Below are positions 39,485 to 54,268 of a DNA stretch of 64,000 bases, piece by piece (positions within the stretch are counted from its first letter, which is position 1; each line of letters begins with the position of its first letter). The notes beneath the pieces were generated by a model, which saw only the letters and a list, made by a program, of their open reading frames with translations, made no database searches and had not been told where the DNA came from. The position numbers and the translations under genes are program-made. The stretch comes from an uncultured Planctomycetota bacterium (GTDB taxonomy: Bacteria > Planctomycetota > Planctomycetia > Gemmatales > Gemmataceae), in the NCBI GenBank assembly GCA_963849325.1, contig CAWKHF010000006.1, forward strand, positions 782,285 to 846,284, in the 5' to 3' direction.

Positions 39485-41790
39485 CTATTTCCCCGCGGAG
39501 TTCCGACCGACCGGGTTCGCTCCCTTCCGCGTTATGGACGCGTTGCGGTCGGGCGGCTCGACGCCGAGTAGGTGACGGACGAAAAAGTCACGCTCGCGGC
39601 GCTTGGCGTAGCCGCCGCCAGCGCCGTGGCCGACGCCGGGCACTACCAGCAGCTCGAAGTCCTTCCCGGCCTTGATAAGTGCGTCGACCACCTGCATCGT
39701 CGAGGCCGGATCGACATTGCGGTCCAGTTCGCCGACGATCAACAGCAATTTGCCTCGCAGTTCGTGGGCGTTGGTGACATTGGACTGCTCCGCGTAGTGC
39801 GGGCCAATCGGCCATCCCATCCACAGCTCGTTCCACCAGATTTTGTCCATGCGGTTATCGTGACAGCCGCAGTTGGCGGAAGCGGCCTTGTAGAATTCGG
39901 GGTGAGCGAGGACGGCGCGGAGGGCGCTCTGGCCGCCGGCGGAGCCGCCGTAGATGCCGACGCGGTGCAGGTCCATGTATGGATATTTCGTCGCGGCCGC
40001 CTTCGTCCAGCGGATGCGGTCGGGGAAACCGGAATCGCCCAGGTTCTTCCAGCACACATCATGGAATGCCTTGGAGCGATGGTTCGTGCCCATGCCGTCG
40101 ATCTGCACCACGATGAAACCGAGTTCCGCCAATTCCTGCGGATCGTGGAACGGCCGAAACGGCTTCGGCACAAACGAGCCTTGTGGCCCGGCGTAAATCT
40201 GCTCGATCACCGGATACTTCTTGTGAGGATCGAAGTGCATCGGCCGGAAAATCACACCGTAAATGTCCGTGTGGTCGTCGCGGCCCTTGGCGACGAAGCG
40301 CTCCGGCATTTGCCAGCCGGTCTTCCGCAGAGCGCTCATGTCGCCGCATTCCAGTACGCACACACGCTTGCCGTCGGAGACGCGGCGCAGTTCCGTCACG
40401 GGAGCCAAATCCACACGCGAATACGTGTCGATGAGAAAGCGACGATCCGGCGAGTAGGCGATCGTGTGCGTGCCGTCGCCGTCCGTGAGGAGGACCAGGC
40501 CGCTGCCATCGAAGTTGATGCGACAATAGTGGAGGTAATAGGGGTCTTGATCGGGGTAAATGCCACCAGCGTGGAACCAGATTTGCCGCGCTTTCTCATC
40601 GACGCGATCGATGCCGCGAACCACCCATTGCCCTTTCGTGATCGGATTCTTCATCCGGCCCGTCGCGGCGTCGTAGAGATAAAGGTGGTTCCAGCCGTCG
40701 CGCTCCGACATCCAGATGATCTCATTCGTCGAATCAAGATAGTGGACGAAGAACTTGCTGTTGTAGTCGATAAACGTCTTGCTCTGCTCGTCGAGGAGGG
40801 CGGCGGAGGCGCCGGTTCCGGCGTCAACGGCAACGATGCGAAGCACTTGATGGCCGCGCTGGTTGTACAGGAACGTGAAGCGCCGCGAGTCGGCCGACCA
40901 GCGCAGGTCGCGGACTTCCCAGGGATTGGCGAACAGGTCGTCCGGGACGGGGATTTTCTTGCGGGCGACCACGTCGAAGAGATGCGGCTTCGTCACGGCA
41001 ATGCGATCGCCGGGCTTGAGGTAATCGAGGGTGTGCAGTTTGGGTTGCAACCGATCGCGCGGCGACGATTCGATGAGATGGACCTTGTGCTCTTGTGCTT
41101 TCTTGGTGCGCAAAGCCACCAGTTTTTTGCTGTCGGGCGACCAGAACACTCCATCCGAGTAGGCGTCTTCCACCTGGCCGTCGTGGCTCAGTTGAAACTC
41201 CCGGCCGCTCGCCTTCTCACGCAGGTAGAGGTTGCCGTCCCGGACGAATATGGTCCACTTGCCGTCCGGAGAAGTCGCCCGCCGCGAACGGCTGGACGAT
41301 CGGCGCGGTGTGTTCGGCTCTTTTTTGGCGGGGGGCGGATCGACGGCGGGGGCTTTGTCTTCTTCCAGCCTGTACGTCTGCAGTTCGCATTTCCAGTACT
41401 TGCCGGCGGCGCGGAAGCGGAGCGTCGATCCATCCGGCGTGAAGTCGAGGGCGTCGATACGCAGACGGACCGCCTGTTGCTTCTGGTCCGTGGTTTGCAT
41501 CAGGGCCGCAGCCAGGCGAGCGTGATCGAAGGCGAGCTTGCGTTCGCCCTTGATGGCATCGACGAGGATGAATTCGCGGGTTTCACCAGCGAGATCGTTG
41601 CGATACCAAAAGCGCTTGTTGTCCGTGAGCCAGTGAGGAACAACGCGATCGCGGAAGACCTTGTTGCGCGTAATCTCGCGCAGGTTCGCGAGCGTTCGTA
41701 ATCCTCGGGAGTGCCCTGGCCGAATGCGGGTAGCACCGCGGCGATGAGCCAGAATACGAGAGTTGCGGTGAGCGGACGGGAACGAATCAT
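39485..41790 (-). CDS. S9 dipeptidyl-peptidase IV family protein (frameshift near 41700)
   Basis: IYAGPQG, GIYGGSAGG, GELDRNVD, PGVGH; signal peptide in an alternate frame. Confidence 0.9.
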
Positions 41791-42456
41791 GGGAGCATTC
41801 CTTGGAGCAGAACTCGCCTTCTTCACCCGCGGCCCAGGGCGGGGTCGATGTACCATCACCGACCGACCCGGTTATTTGATCCGAGGAGCTGCCGGTGTGA
41901 TACGGCCATCTGGTCGTAACGACCTGGGCAGGGTAGATTCTCCCGGAACCTCGACCCGGTCGCAACTCCGAAGGAGCTGTCCCTACGGAAATAGTCATTC
42001 GGATCGTCGCGCAGCCGATTGCGAACGGCGAATCCGTGCGGACCACTCCGGCATAGCTGAGAAGCTCGGGTACGCTACGCGATTGGGTGGCATCTCGGGC
42101 GGCTAATTGGTGCGGCGACGGCTGCAACCTCTCCTCTCCTACGTGGAGATCCAGCCGGATCGCCCCATCGCCGGCGGCATCTATTCCAACCGACCGTGTT
42201 ACCTGGCGCCGGGACGGGCTGGCGCGACGGCGCTCAAAACAAAGTCGAGCCTTTTCACCAACTCTGGGCCTTTGCTCAGTTTACGGGTAGCGACAGCGCG
42301 GACGGCAGGAAGTTCACGGATTCTACCGAGGGGTAAACCGGATCTTCGGGGAACAGGGCAGGTGTCGTTGAATCGCTCGCCGACATGCCCATAGATGCGC
42401 CATCGGCGTAGCGGTCGGGCGAAAGAACGGTTGTTCTCAGCTATCCTCAGCAGTAA

Positions 42457-44720
<2,264 letters not shown>

Positions 44721-45376
44721 TTCGTGTGTGGACGTTTTCGGGCGTTTTCGAGCCGGTGGCGGAGCCTCGCCTCGTGCGGGTGAATCGACTTCGGGTGGCG
44801 ACACGAACCGAAGCTGCTCCCCCGCACGAGGTTCAGCTCACTCCCGGCCTGCATCTCTTGCTCGCCCTTATGGGGCCGCCCGAACTTGCCCGCGGCGGTC
44901 CGACACGCGGGAGCGCGTTTGCGAAACGGAAGGAACATCCCCGCTCCCCGACAGCCTCTTTGCAGAGTACGCGGGCAAGACCAGTCGCGACCTGACGCGC
45001 TCCACGGCGGAGGTCGGGTGAGTAGGCACGCATGGCATCTCCTGGGGTGATGCCTGCAAAGTCTACTCACCCCTCCTGGATAGCGCTAGATCAAAATCGA
45101 AAGCGCTCTAACGGCGGTTTTTCGTCGCGAAGGGCTGGTTAGCGGGCGCCTCAGGAGAGCGCGCCAGGCTGTGACGGGACTTCCCTACCTTACCGCTTTT
45201 GCCACCCACCTTACGCAGAATGTCAAGAGCCTTGGGATTTCGGTCGCGAAGTGACGGTTTGCGTGGCAACGGAGCTTCGGCCCCAGAGCCCTGAAACGGG
45301 GCCACAGCCTCGCCTGCCCTCGCGAATCCCTCGGTGACGAGGGCCGAGGTCGGAACGATCAGCGGAACAAGGGTTT

Positions 45377-45660
45377 TCACGGTCGTAGGTGCTCCAGGAA
45401 GTAGTCCCGGCAGGCGGTGCGCCAACAATCTCGGCTGCGCCCCGTCGGGTCATGGGGCTGTCCAGGCAGGACGATTAGGTCACACGACTTGCTGCTCTCG
45501 ATCAGGGCGGACATCAGTTTCATGGTGTCGGCAAAGGACACGTTCACGTCACGGGTTCCCTGGACCAGCAGCAGCTTACCCTGGAGCCGTGGCGCCAGGG
45601 TCAGGTTGGATCCCGTGTCAAGCGACAATTGTTCTTCCCTTTCAGCGACAACTGGATTTC
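45377..45660 (-). pseudogene. C-terminal fragment of an S9 peptidase
   Basis: SNLTLAPRLQGKLLLVQGTRDVNV..DLIVLPGQPH; catalytic Ser region missing. Confidence 0.65.
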
Positions 45661-45825
45661 CCGATGGGATGACCTCCTTCTGTGTCGTCAGCGACAATTA
45701 GATTTCCCGATGCGGCGGTGGCGTCGGCGCCGCGGACACTCTTTGCAATCTCCGACGAACCTGTTCTAATAGCTGGGTTCCCGCCGGATCGTGTCCCACC
45801 TTTGTCTGGAAGGAATGTCGTCGTG

Positions 45826-47233
45826 ATGTCATCCCCTGGCTCCGCTCATCGGCATCCCATCGGCGTCACCCGCCGCGAACTGCTGCAAGTGGGATATACC
45901 GGCCTGCTGGGCATCAGTCTCCCGGCATTGCTCCATCAGCAAGCCGCCCAGGCCAAGACGGAGCGTCCCGAGAAGAACCGACCGAGGAAGGGGAAGTCCG
46001 TCATCCTCGTCTTCCTCACGGGCGCTCCCAGCCACCTCGATACCTTCGACATGAAGCCGGACGCCCCGCCGGAAGTGCGCGGCGAGTTCAAGCCGATCGC
46101 CACGAAGGTAGCAGGCTATCCTCTCTGCGAGCACCTGCCGCGCCTGGCCGCCCGGGCGAACCAGTACGCGGTGGTCCGTTCGCTGGCGCACCGGGAAAAC
46201 AACCACCTGGTCGCCACGCATCACCTGCTGACCGGCTATCCGCAGCCGGGAGCGTTCTTTGATAAGGTGGCGTCGCGTGATGACTGGCCCTGCTACTCCT
46301 CCGGACTCGATTACCTGCGGCCGCGGAACGACGGCATCCCTTGCGGCGTGAACCTGCCGACGTTCCTCATGCAAGGGCCGCTGACCTGGCCGGGCCAGCA
46401 CGCCGGCTTCCTCGGTCCCAAGCATGACCCCTGGCAGATCAACCATGACCCCAACGCGGCCGATTTTCGCGTGGACAGCGTGCCGCCTGTCGCCCGGCCT
46501 GGAAGCGGATCGCCTCCGCGATCGGCGGGCGCTGCTCGACCAGGTCGATCGGCAGCAACGGCAACTCGAAGAGCAGGCCGAGTGCCGCCGTTTGTCCGAT
46601 CAGCAGCAATTGGCCTTCTCCATCCTGACCTCAGGCAAGATCGCTCGGGCCTTCGAGCTGGACCGGGAGCCGGCCGCGGTGCGCGATCGTTACGGCCGGC
46701 ACAGCTTCGGACAATCGCTGCTCCTGGCCCGCCGACTGGTGCAGGCCGGCGTGCCGGTCGTGCAGGCCAACATGGGCCGCGTACAGAACTGGGACAATCA
46801 CGGCGCCATCTTCCCGACCCTGAAAAATCGACTGCTGCCGCCCCTGGACCAGGGCGTCGCCGCCCTGCTCGACGACCTACAGGCAACGGGCTTGCTGGAA
46901 GAGACGCTCGTGCTGTTGCTGGGCGAGTTCGGCCGGACGCCGAAGATCAGCCGTCAAGGCGGATCGAAAGCACCGGGCCGCGATCACTGGGCGCCGTGCT
47001 TCTTCGGCCTGTTCGCCGGCGCCGGCGTCCGCGGCGGACAGGTGATCGGCAAGTCGGACAAGATCGGCGCGTATCCGGCGACGGCCCCGTACACCCCGGA
47101 CGACGTGGGCGCCACGGTCTATCACGTCCTGGGCGTCGATCCCGCCTCCGAGGTGCGCGACCGCCAGGGGCGGCCGGTTCAGCTCAACCGCGGTCAGGTG
47201 ATGGAGTCGCTGTTCACCGGCGCGGCCGGGTAG
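45826..47233 (+). CDS. DUF1501 protein (frameshift near 46480)
   Basis: TRRELL, GAPSHLDTFDMKPDAP, WDNH, GEFGRTPKI, GRDHW. Confidence 0.9.
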
Positions 47234-47244
47234 CGTAGGGCCGC

Positions 47245-47961
47245 ATGCATTTCCTGGATCGGACCTTGCCTTCCCCAGCGGAGAACCTCGCCCTGGACGA
47301 GGCGCTCTTGCTCGCGGCCGAGGCCGGCCAAAGCGGCGAGGTACTGCGTCTGTGGCAATGGCCCCAGCCCGCCGTCGTGCTCGGCTCCGGCTGCCGGCTG
47401 GCCGACGATGTGAACGAAGCCGCCTGCGCCGCCGACGATGTGCCGATCCTGCGCCGCTCCAGCGGCGGCGGCACGGTCCTGCTCGGCGGTGGTTGCCTGC
47501 TCTACAGCTTGATTCTCCGTTACGACCGCGATCCGGCGCTGGCGGAGGTCCGACCATCCTATCGTCATATCCTCGGTCGGATCAGCCAGGCGCTGGCACA
47601 AGGGACCGGCCGCATCGAGCAAGCCGGCATCAGCGATCTAATCCTGGACGGCCGTAAGTTCTCCGGCACGGCCCAGCAGCGCAAGCGTTTCCATCTGCTG
47701 CATCACGGCACGCTGCTGTACGCCTTCGACCGGACGTTGCTGCCGCGCTACCTCCGTCAACCGCAGCGACAGCCGGACTACCGGGCCGGACGCGATCATC
47801 TGGCGTTCGTGCGCAACCTGCCTTTATCGGGAGAGGAGCTGAAGCGCCGGCTGCGGCAGGCGTGGGACGCCGTGGAGCCGGCGGCGGAGTGGTCCGCGGA
47901 GACGGTGAGCCGGCTGACGGCGGAGAAGTACAACGCGCTGGAGTGGACCCGGCGCCGGTAG
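47245..47961 (+). CDS. Lipoate-protein ligase family protein
   Basis: NLALDEALL, RRSSGGGTV, KFSGTAQ, HHGTLL. Confidence 0.9.
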   Translation: MHFLDRTLPSPAENLALDEALLLAAEAGQSGEVLRLWQWPQPAVVLGSGCRLADDVNEAACAADDVPILRRSSGGGTVLLGGGCLLYSLILRYDRDPALAEVRPSYRHILGRISQALAQGTGRIEQAGISDLILDGRKFSGTAQQRKRFHLLHHGTLLYAFDRTLLPRYLRQPQRQPDYRAGRDHLAFVRNLPLSGEELKRRLRQAWDAVEPAAEWSAETVSRLTAEKYNALEWTRRR

Positions 47962-47976
47962 CCGATCGTGTCCCCG

Positions 47977-48608
47977 TCAGTATTCTCGGTATTCTTCCAG
48001 GTGATGACGTAAACGCTCCAGAGCGCGGCGCCAGAGTTGCGCACCGCTTCCGGCGAGCGATGCAGCCGCAGGCCAATCTCGGCGAACGACTGCCGGTCGT
48101 CATGGCGGAACTGGAGTACCTGCCGGTAGCACAACGGCAAGCGCTGCACGGCGGCGACGAGGGCGCACTGCCGTTCCTGGGCAATCAACTGCTCACACAC
48201 TGACATGCCATTGACAAAGGACGGGCCGCGCCGCGCGGAGCGGCCGAGGGAACCCGGCAGGCGCACCTCCTGGGACAGACATCGGCACGACGTTTCATAG
48301 CGGCGCGTGAGGTCGGCGACATTGTGCCGCAGGATGCCGCGCAGCCAGCCAAGGAATTGCGGGCCCGTCTCGCCGCGGAAGGCGGCGAAGTCGCGCTGGG
48401 CCTCGATGAACGTCTCCTGAACCACGTCGGCGGCATCGACTTTCGCTTGCATCGACGCACGCAATTCCTGCCGGGCGATGGCGAGCAGGTAGGGACGGCA
48501 CGCTTCAAACAATTGTCCCAGCGCGTCGGCGGAACCGGCACGAGCATCTTGCAACCATTCCGTCCGCGGGGCTTCGAGGACGCGAGCAACGGAAGGAGTC
48601 ATGGCCAT
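47977..48608 (-). CDS. ECF sigma-70 factor, planctomycete type (frameshift near 48035)
   Basis: ALGQLFEACRPYL, DAADVVQET, SFAEIG..SPEAVR(K)LWRRALERL. Confidence 0.85.
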
Positions 48609-48908
48609 CCCGAAACGGCGAGTGCTGGCGAGGAGGAATCGAGTTCCCAGGTGGTGCCGAAGGGCGGATCATTCCATGACGGCGTTGTCTTCACGATGCA
48701 ACTTGTGCGCCGCACGGCGGAGCGAGGAGGGGCGACGTTTCCTACTCGCATGAGGTAGAGCGATTTCGAGCGGTGGACGACCCAGGAGAAAAAAGGCGTC
48801 CGCTTTCACGAATTCGCACGCCTAGGAGATATGCGGGCCTTCCACGAGAGGGGCCGTGTTTCGCCAGGTGGGGGAAACACTTCTTCACGTAATCGGGGAG
48901 GACTTGTG

Positions 48909-49484
48909 ATGCTGGCGCGATTGTTTGGCAGCCGCACGACTCGTCCGTCGGAGCGTGGCCGTTCCTTCCGGCCGGAACTGGAACACCTCGAAGACCGCCT
49001 CACGCCTTCACCCATGGGCGGACCCGGAGGACCGCCGGACCATGGACCGCCGGACCATGGCCCTCCTGGTGGTCCTCCCGGGCACATCAACGCCCACGAC
49101 TCGTTCAATACGACGATCACGGACTCGTTCAATACCTCGATCAACAACGTGACCGTCAATCAGTATTTTAACGTGGCGCAAATGCCCCAGGCGCAGGTGC
49201 AGCAGCAACTCACGGGCAACCTCGTGGTCGCGTACCAACAGAACCTTTCCGCTCTCATCCAGCTGGTGGGCGATGAGTTTCGGTTGGCGGCGGACACCTA
49301 TTTCTCGTTCACCGGCTCCTTCTTCAACAACACCGCCCTGGTGACGGACATGCACAACCTGCAATTGTCCATCCAGCAAAACCCGCTGGAGGCGGCCACG
49401 TCCGGCGAGGCGGTGGGCTATCTGGTGTTCGACCTGGCCCTAGGCGCGTACGTTTCCGCTGGCGCCAATGGGCAGCACCACTAA
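48909..49484 (+). CDS. Hypothetical protein with planctomycete N-terminal motif, GPP repeats and DSFNT repeats
   Basis: FRPELEHLEDRLTPS; (GPPDH)x2; HDSFNTTITDSFNTSINN. Confidence 0.75.
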   Translation: MLARLFGSRTTRPSERGRSFRPELEHLEDRLTPSPMGGPGGPPDHGPPDHGPPGGPPGHINAHDSFNTTITDSFNTSINNVTVNQYFNVAQMPQAQVQQQLTGNLVVAYQQNLSALIQLVGDEFRLAADTYFSFTGSFFNNTALVTDMHNLQLSIQQNPLEAATSGEAVGYLVFDLALGAYVSAGANGQHH

Positions 49485-49493
49485 GTAGCTCGA

Positions 49494-49547
49494 TCCGAGC
49501 CGGAATCGTAAGCGAAGGACATCCTTCGCTTACGATTCCGGCTCGGA
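49494..49547. repeat. Palindromic repeat, family A, overlapping a stop codon
   Basis: Encodes the terminal SEPES* of ORF 49530-49919. Confidence 0.85.
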
Positions 49548-49919
49548 AACAATGTCCCTGGATCGGGCACTCGCTTCCACGGCGGCGAGCACCTCCTCGA
49601 TCTGCCGCACGCTGGCCGTCAAGGACAGCGCCGCCATCTCGAAATTGGTGTGCGCCGACACGCGGCGGAACTCCTGCTGAAGCAGCTCCGCCGCGCGGCG
49701 CAGCTTCGGCAGCTTGCCGCGGATGCGGTGCAGGTACTCCTTGGTGTCGTTGCGCTGCGCTGCCGGTTCCGTGGCGCGCACGAAATCGAACAGGGTGCGC
49801 GGCACGTCGAGCAGCTCCTCGTCGTCCTGGATCTCGTCGGCGTGCTTGAGGAAGGTGCGCACCATCCACAGATGGGCGAGAACGCCCTGCAAGCGTTCGA
49901 CGGCTTCGTCGGGACTCAC
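49530..49919 (-). CDS. Hypothetical helical protein
   Basis: HLWMVRTFLKHADE..HTNFEMA; overlaps the stop of the upstream gene. Confidence 0.75.
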   Translation of the reverse strand: MSPDEAVERLQGVLAHLWMVRTFLKHADEIQDDEELLDVPRTLFDFVRATEPAAQRNDTKEYLHRIRGKLPKLRRAAELLQQEFRRVSAHTNFEMAALSLTASVRQIEEVLAAVEASARSRDIVSEPES

Positions 49920-50506
49920 GGCGACGTCTCCGAAGCGGCCTGCGGCGCCGGGCCGGCGGCGACGACGGACGGCGTTTTGACCGGCGGCTTATGTCCCTCT
50001 GCCTCCTCCTTCGAGAAAAGCACCAGGGCGGCGCCGACACCGACCAGGATAATACCCAGCCACAGTTTCCAGCCCGGCACGTCCACGTGGAAGTGGAACG
50101 GTTCGCCTTTCTGGGGGTGCCACAGCAGACTGACGATGGTGTTGATGACCGGCGCCAGCCCGAAGATCAGCGGGCCAATGTACAGATACTCCTTCGATGC
50201 AGGTCCGCCCGCCGCCTTGCTGGCGAAAATGACGCAGAGCGCGCCCACCGCTCCAGCTACCCCGGCGAGGCCCGCGAAAGTCAAGCCCGTCGGCCTGAGT
50301 GCCGGCCAGGGTTCTTTTCCGGACAAAAACAATCCGATCGGGAGGAGAACGGCGATCAAGAAGTATGCGACGCCGACGCAGAGCAGGGCGCCGAAGCGGT
50401 TGCCGCTGAGTTCTTTGCCGCCGTACGCGATCATCGGTACGTACGTACCCCAGGCCAGGCCCGCTAGACCCACCCACAATAGCCACATGTATTTCTCGGG
50501 TATCAC
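49916..50506 (-). CDS. Hypothetical five-TM membrane protein (DMT/EamA-like)
   Basis: WGTYVP, AGAVGALCVI, PLIFGLAPVIN. Confidence 0.75.
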   Translation of the reverse strand: MIPEKYMWLLWVGLAGLAWGTYVPMIAYGGKELSGNRFGALLCVGVAYFLIAVLLPIGLFLSGKEPWPALRPTGLTFAGLAGVAGAVGALCVIFASKAAGGPASKEYLYIGPLIFGLAPVINTIVSLLWHPQKGEPFHFHVDVPGWKLWLGIILVGVGAALVLFSKEEAEGHKPPVKTPSVVAAGPAPQAASETSP

Positions 50507-50543
50507 GTCTTTCTCCTTGTCAGAACAGATCGAAACCCATCCG

Positions 50544-53500
50544 TCATTCGCGCCGCAGCGCCGCCAGCAGCGGCGCGCGCAGCGTCGAGGCCGTCGCCAG
50601 CGCTCCGGCCGTCAATCCAACCAGGACGACGCCGGCCAGCAGCGCCAGTAGATGCACCCAGGGGATGGACGCGCCGCCGCCCAGCAAGTGCGGCGACACG
50701 GCCACCAGCGCCGATACCGTTCCGGCCAGCAGTCCCACGAGCAGCAGGAAAGCGTTCTCGGCGAGGACCAGAAAGCCCAGCGTGGCGCGGCGAAACCCCA
50801 GGGCGCGGAGCAGGGCCAGCTCGCCGCGCCGCTCCCACACGCCGCGCAGCAGCACCACGGCCAGGCCCAGCGAGCCGAGCAACAGACCCAGACCGCCCAG
50901 CGCCTGAAACGTCGAGAGGTACATGTTCTCGACGGCCAGGTACGCATTCAAGCGCTCCGCTGTCGGCGTCGCCTGCAAACCGCGATCGGCGTAAGCCAGC
51001 TCCAGCACGCGCCGCACCTCGCCTTCCTTGCCCTCGGGCGCACGAATGAGAAAGGAATTGTATCCTTCGTGTCCGGGAAACAAGCGTAGGAAGTTCGGCT
51101 CGGACACGAGCAAGCTGCTCTGGAAGACGCTGTCGCTGAGCAGGCCGGCGATGCGGAGCCGGTGATCGGGCGGCAGCGTGACGGGACCGCCGAGCTTGGA
51201 CTTGAGCATCCAGACGACGGTGTTATTTTCGCCGAAGGCGGGCACTTCATCTTCCTGCGGCAAAAGCAGCGTCCAGGGGTTGGCGCGCTCGGACTCGGTG
51301 CGGGCCGTCGTCGCGGCGAAGCGGAAACCTCCGCGCGTCTGTTCGAGGAAGGCGACGGGCACTCCGAGCAGCCGGGGGTGCAGCGGCTGATAGAGGTTCA
51401 GACAGCTGGCATCATCGCCGGCATGAACGCGGAAGGCGACGACCTTCACCTGCTGGAGCAACGCCTTCGCCTCCTTGCTGCGGCGCTCGGCGCTTTGATT
51501 GTCGCCGCCGGCCTCCTCGCGGTAGATGGGCAGGAGCTTGTCGGCGACCTCGCGGCGTCCGTCTTCGCTGTTCAGATCGCGGAACAGCGGCAGGTCCGAC
51601 TCGGCCACCAGGCCGAAGCCGCCGTTGGACTCGGCGACGGCCTCGCCGGCATCGACGCGGCGGCGAAACGCCTCGACGGCGACGAGGAGGAACGCGGCCG
51701 AGGCGAGCAGACCTGCCGTGAGCAGACTGCGGCCGGGATGACGGGCGGCGTTGCGGATGCCCAGCCGCGCCACCGCTCCCAAACCGTGCCCCTCGACCGT
51801 GCCCGAGCGCGTGCTCCGCATCCAGCCCGACAGCGCCGCCAGGGCGGCGATGAGCAGAAGGCTGCCGCTGCCGAAGAACGTCATGGCCCGCATCTCGTGA
51901 TCCTGGACGCGGCCCGAAGCGGCGAGCAGTCCGAGGGCGCACACGGCGGAGCTTGCCGCGATCCACCCGCTTGCGCGTCGCCGGCGCCGACTCGGTTTGT
52001 CGCCCTCGCCGGGCACCTGCCCGGCCAGCAAGGTGCTCGGAGCGACGCGGCCGAGCGAGAACACGGCCCAGAGCACCGTCAACACGCTCACCAGGAACGC
52101 CCCGCCGGCGCCGTAGACCAGGCTCATCGGCTCGAAGTGCGGTCGCAGAAACGATTGCAGCACCTCTCCCGGCCACAGCGCCGCCAGCAGGTCCAGCAAC
52201 AGCCCGGCGTACAGCATCGCCAGGCACGACCCCGCCACCGCGCCCGCCGCCGCCAGCACGCAGCCCTCGCCCAGCAACAGCCGGCGAACTGCGCCGCGCC
52301 GATATCCAACCGCCAGCAGCACACCGATCTCCTCCGCCCGCCGGTCGATATTGAGACGGAACAGCAGTCCCACCAGCAGCAGCGACGACGCGATCAGGAA
52401 AAAGCTGAAGCCGAGAAATAACCACGAAAAGTCATTGCCCTTGTCGCTGGCGCAGGGCCTGTTCCTTGACCGGGTTGAAGACGAAACCGCCCTTCGCCGG
52501 GTCAAGACGGTCGCGCAAGGCACGCTCGAACGTCTCGGCGCTGTCGGCGAGATCCTGTCCTTTTGTAGCGGCCAGGCGGATGGAAGTGAGCCGCCCGAAG
52601 CGACTGCCCCACAGGCGTTGACCGACCGATAGATTGACGTAGGCTTTCGGCGTCGTCCGGTAGTCGCGCCAGTAGTGCTCATCGGGCGTCCGGGTTGTCC
52701 GGGTTTGCTCGAACGGCAGTTTCCATTCCCGGAGTTTGGGCTTGTCGGTGATGCCGGGAAACTCGGGAGTCAGGTCGGGGTCGGCGGCGACACCCCGCAG
52801 GGGAAGGAAGCCCGCCAGGCGAAAAGTCGCCGTCTGCTCCTGTTGCTCGCCCCCCTTACCCTCTCCCCCCCCGGGGGGGAGAGGGGAGGGTGAGGAGGGT
52901 GTCGGCGGCAGGAAGGCCAACGTCACCTTCTCGCCGACCGGACGTGGCAAGGGCGATTCCTTCCAGTCCGCCAGCACGATCTCGTCATCGCCCAGTTGCT
53001 TGACCCCGCGAGGCAGGAACGGTCCCAGCGGCGCCGTCAGCGTCGGATCGAGGGCCGCCACCACGGAGTAGGGGATTTCGGCACCCCCCGCCGCGATCCC
53101 ATTGGCGAGATAAACGAGCGTGGGCGCCGCCCGCAAATGAGTATCCTTCGCGGCTTCCAGGGCCGCATCCGAGAGGAACGATTCCAGCAAGGCGTGCGTG
53201 CTCTCCAGACTCAGATAATTCCGATGCGATTGATAGAAATTCAGGACCTCCGCTCGTGTCAGCTCCCCACCGCGGCCAGGCTGGATGGACTCGACGATCG
53301 AGGCGGCCAGGGCGTCGCGCCATTCCCTCGGCTGCAGCTTGCCATCGCGGTCGCTATCGAGCCTACGGAAAATCGTCTCGACGCGCTCTTGCGGCCCCTG
53401 CAAGACGAGGCCCCAGTCGGCGAGCTGCAAGTGCGCGGCAGCGGTCCCGCCAGCGCGGAACGGACGCCGCCCGCGAGCAGGGCGTTGCAGCGCTCGGCCA

Positions 53501-54178
53501 GGCCGAGTTGCTTCTGGAGCAGGGCCAGCGGAACGAAGACCGTGCGCGGCGCCTCCAGTTCGGGACGCAGGCTGAAGCGATCGACCGGCTCGTCCGCGCT
53601 CAGCACGGCGCCGACCGGCAGCGTCCATTCCTCGACGACGGAGCGATCATCTCGATGGCCCAGCAAGGTTTCGCGCGGGATGGCACTTGGCTTTTGCAGC
53701 CGCAGCGACACCCGGTCGCCCGCCTCCACTTCCAGAAGCCGGGCAAGCGTGCTGTTGACAGACAGGCTATCGCCGCTCTTGGGGGGGGCGGACTGCGGGG
53801 ACCAGAAGCGATCGTCCACGCCGAGGACGGTGACGCCGCGCACCTGATGGCGGATCGCTCCCGACCTTTCTGCCCCGGACCTTTTCTGGCGCACAACGGC
53901 CGTGGCTTGCAGCAGGATGACCGGACAGACGCGCTCGGCGTCTCCGCCAGCGGCCAACTCGTCAGCCAGTCCCTGACGGAAGAAGCGCGGCGCGATCAGC
54001 GCCTCGTCAACCCATCCCAACCGCCGAAGTGTTTGCGCGGCAGGCTGCCGCGCAGGGAGTCGCCGACCAGCAGGGCGCCGGTGAGCACGGCGGTGCCGAC
54101 GACGACGCCGAGAAACACGGCGAGGTTGCCGCGTCCATGATACAGCAGGTTGCGCAGGCGCAAGCGTTTCAGCGTCAT
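50544..54178 (-). CDS. FtsX/MacB-like ABC transporter permease (several frameshifts)
   Basis: AVLTGALLVGDSLRGSL, RRAEEIGVLLAVG, ERRGELALLRALGF, LAALRRE. Confidence 0.85.
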
Positions 54179-54195
54179 GGCAGCCTCACGAACGT

Positions 54196-54268
54196 CCTCG
54201 TTTAGCCGCGACGCGCAGCGGAGCGCGGGACGCTCCCGCGCTCCGCTGCGCGTCGCGGCTAAACGAGG
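54196..54268. repeat. Palindromic repeat, family B, supplying the stop codon of the ABC ATPase
   Basis: Minus-strand CTC GTT TAG gives ..LV*. Confidence 0.85.
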
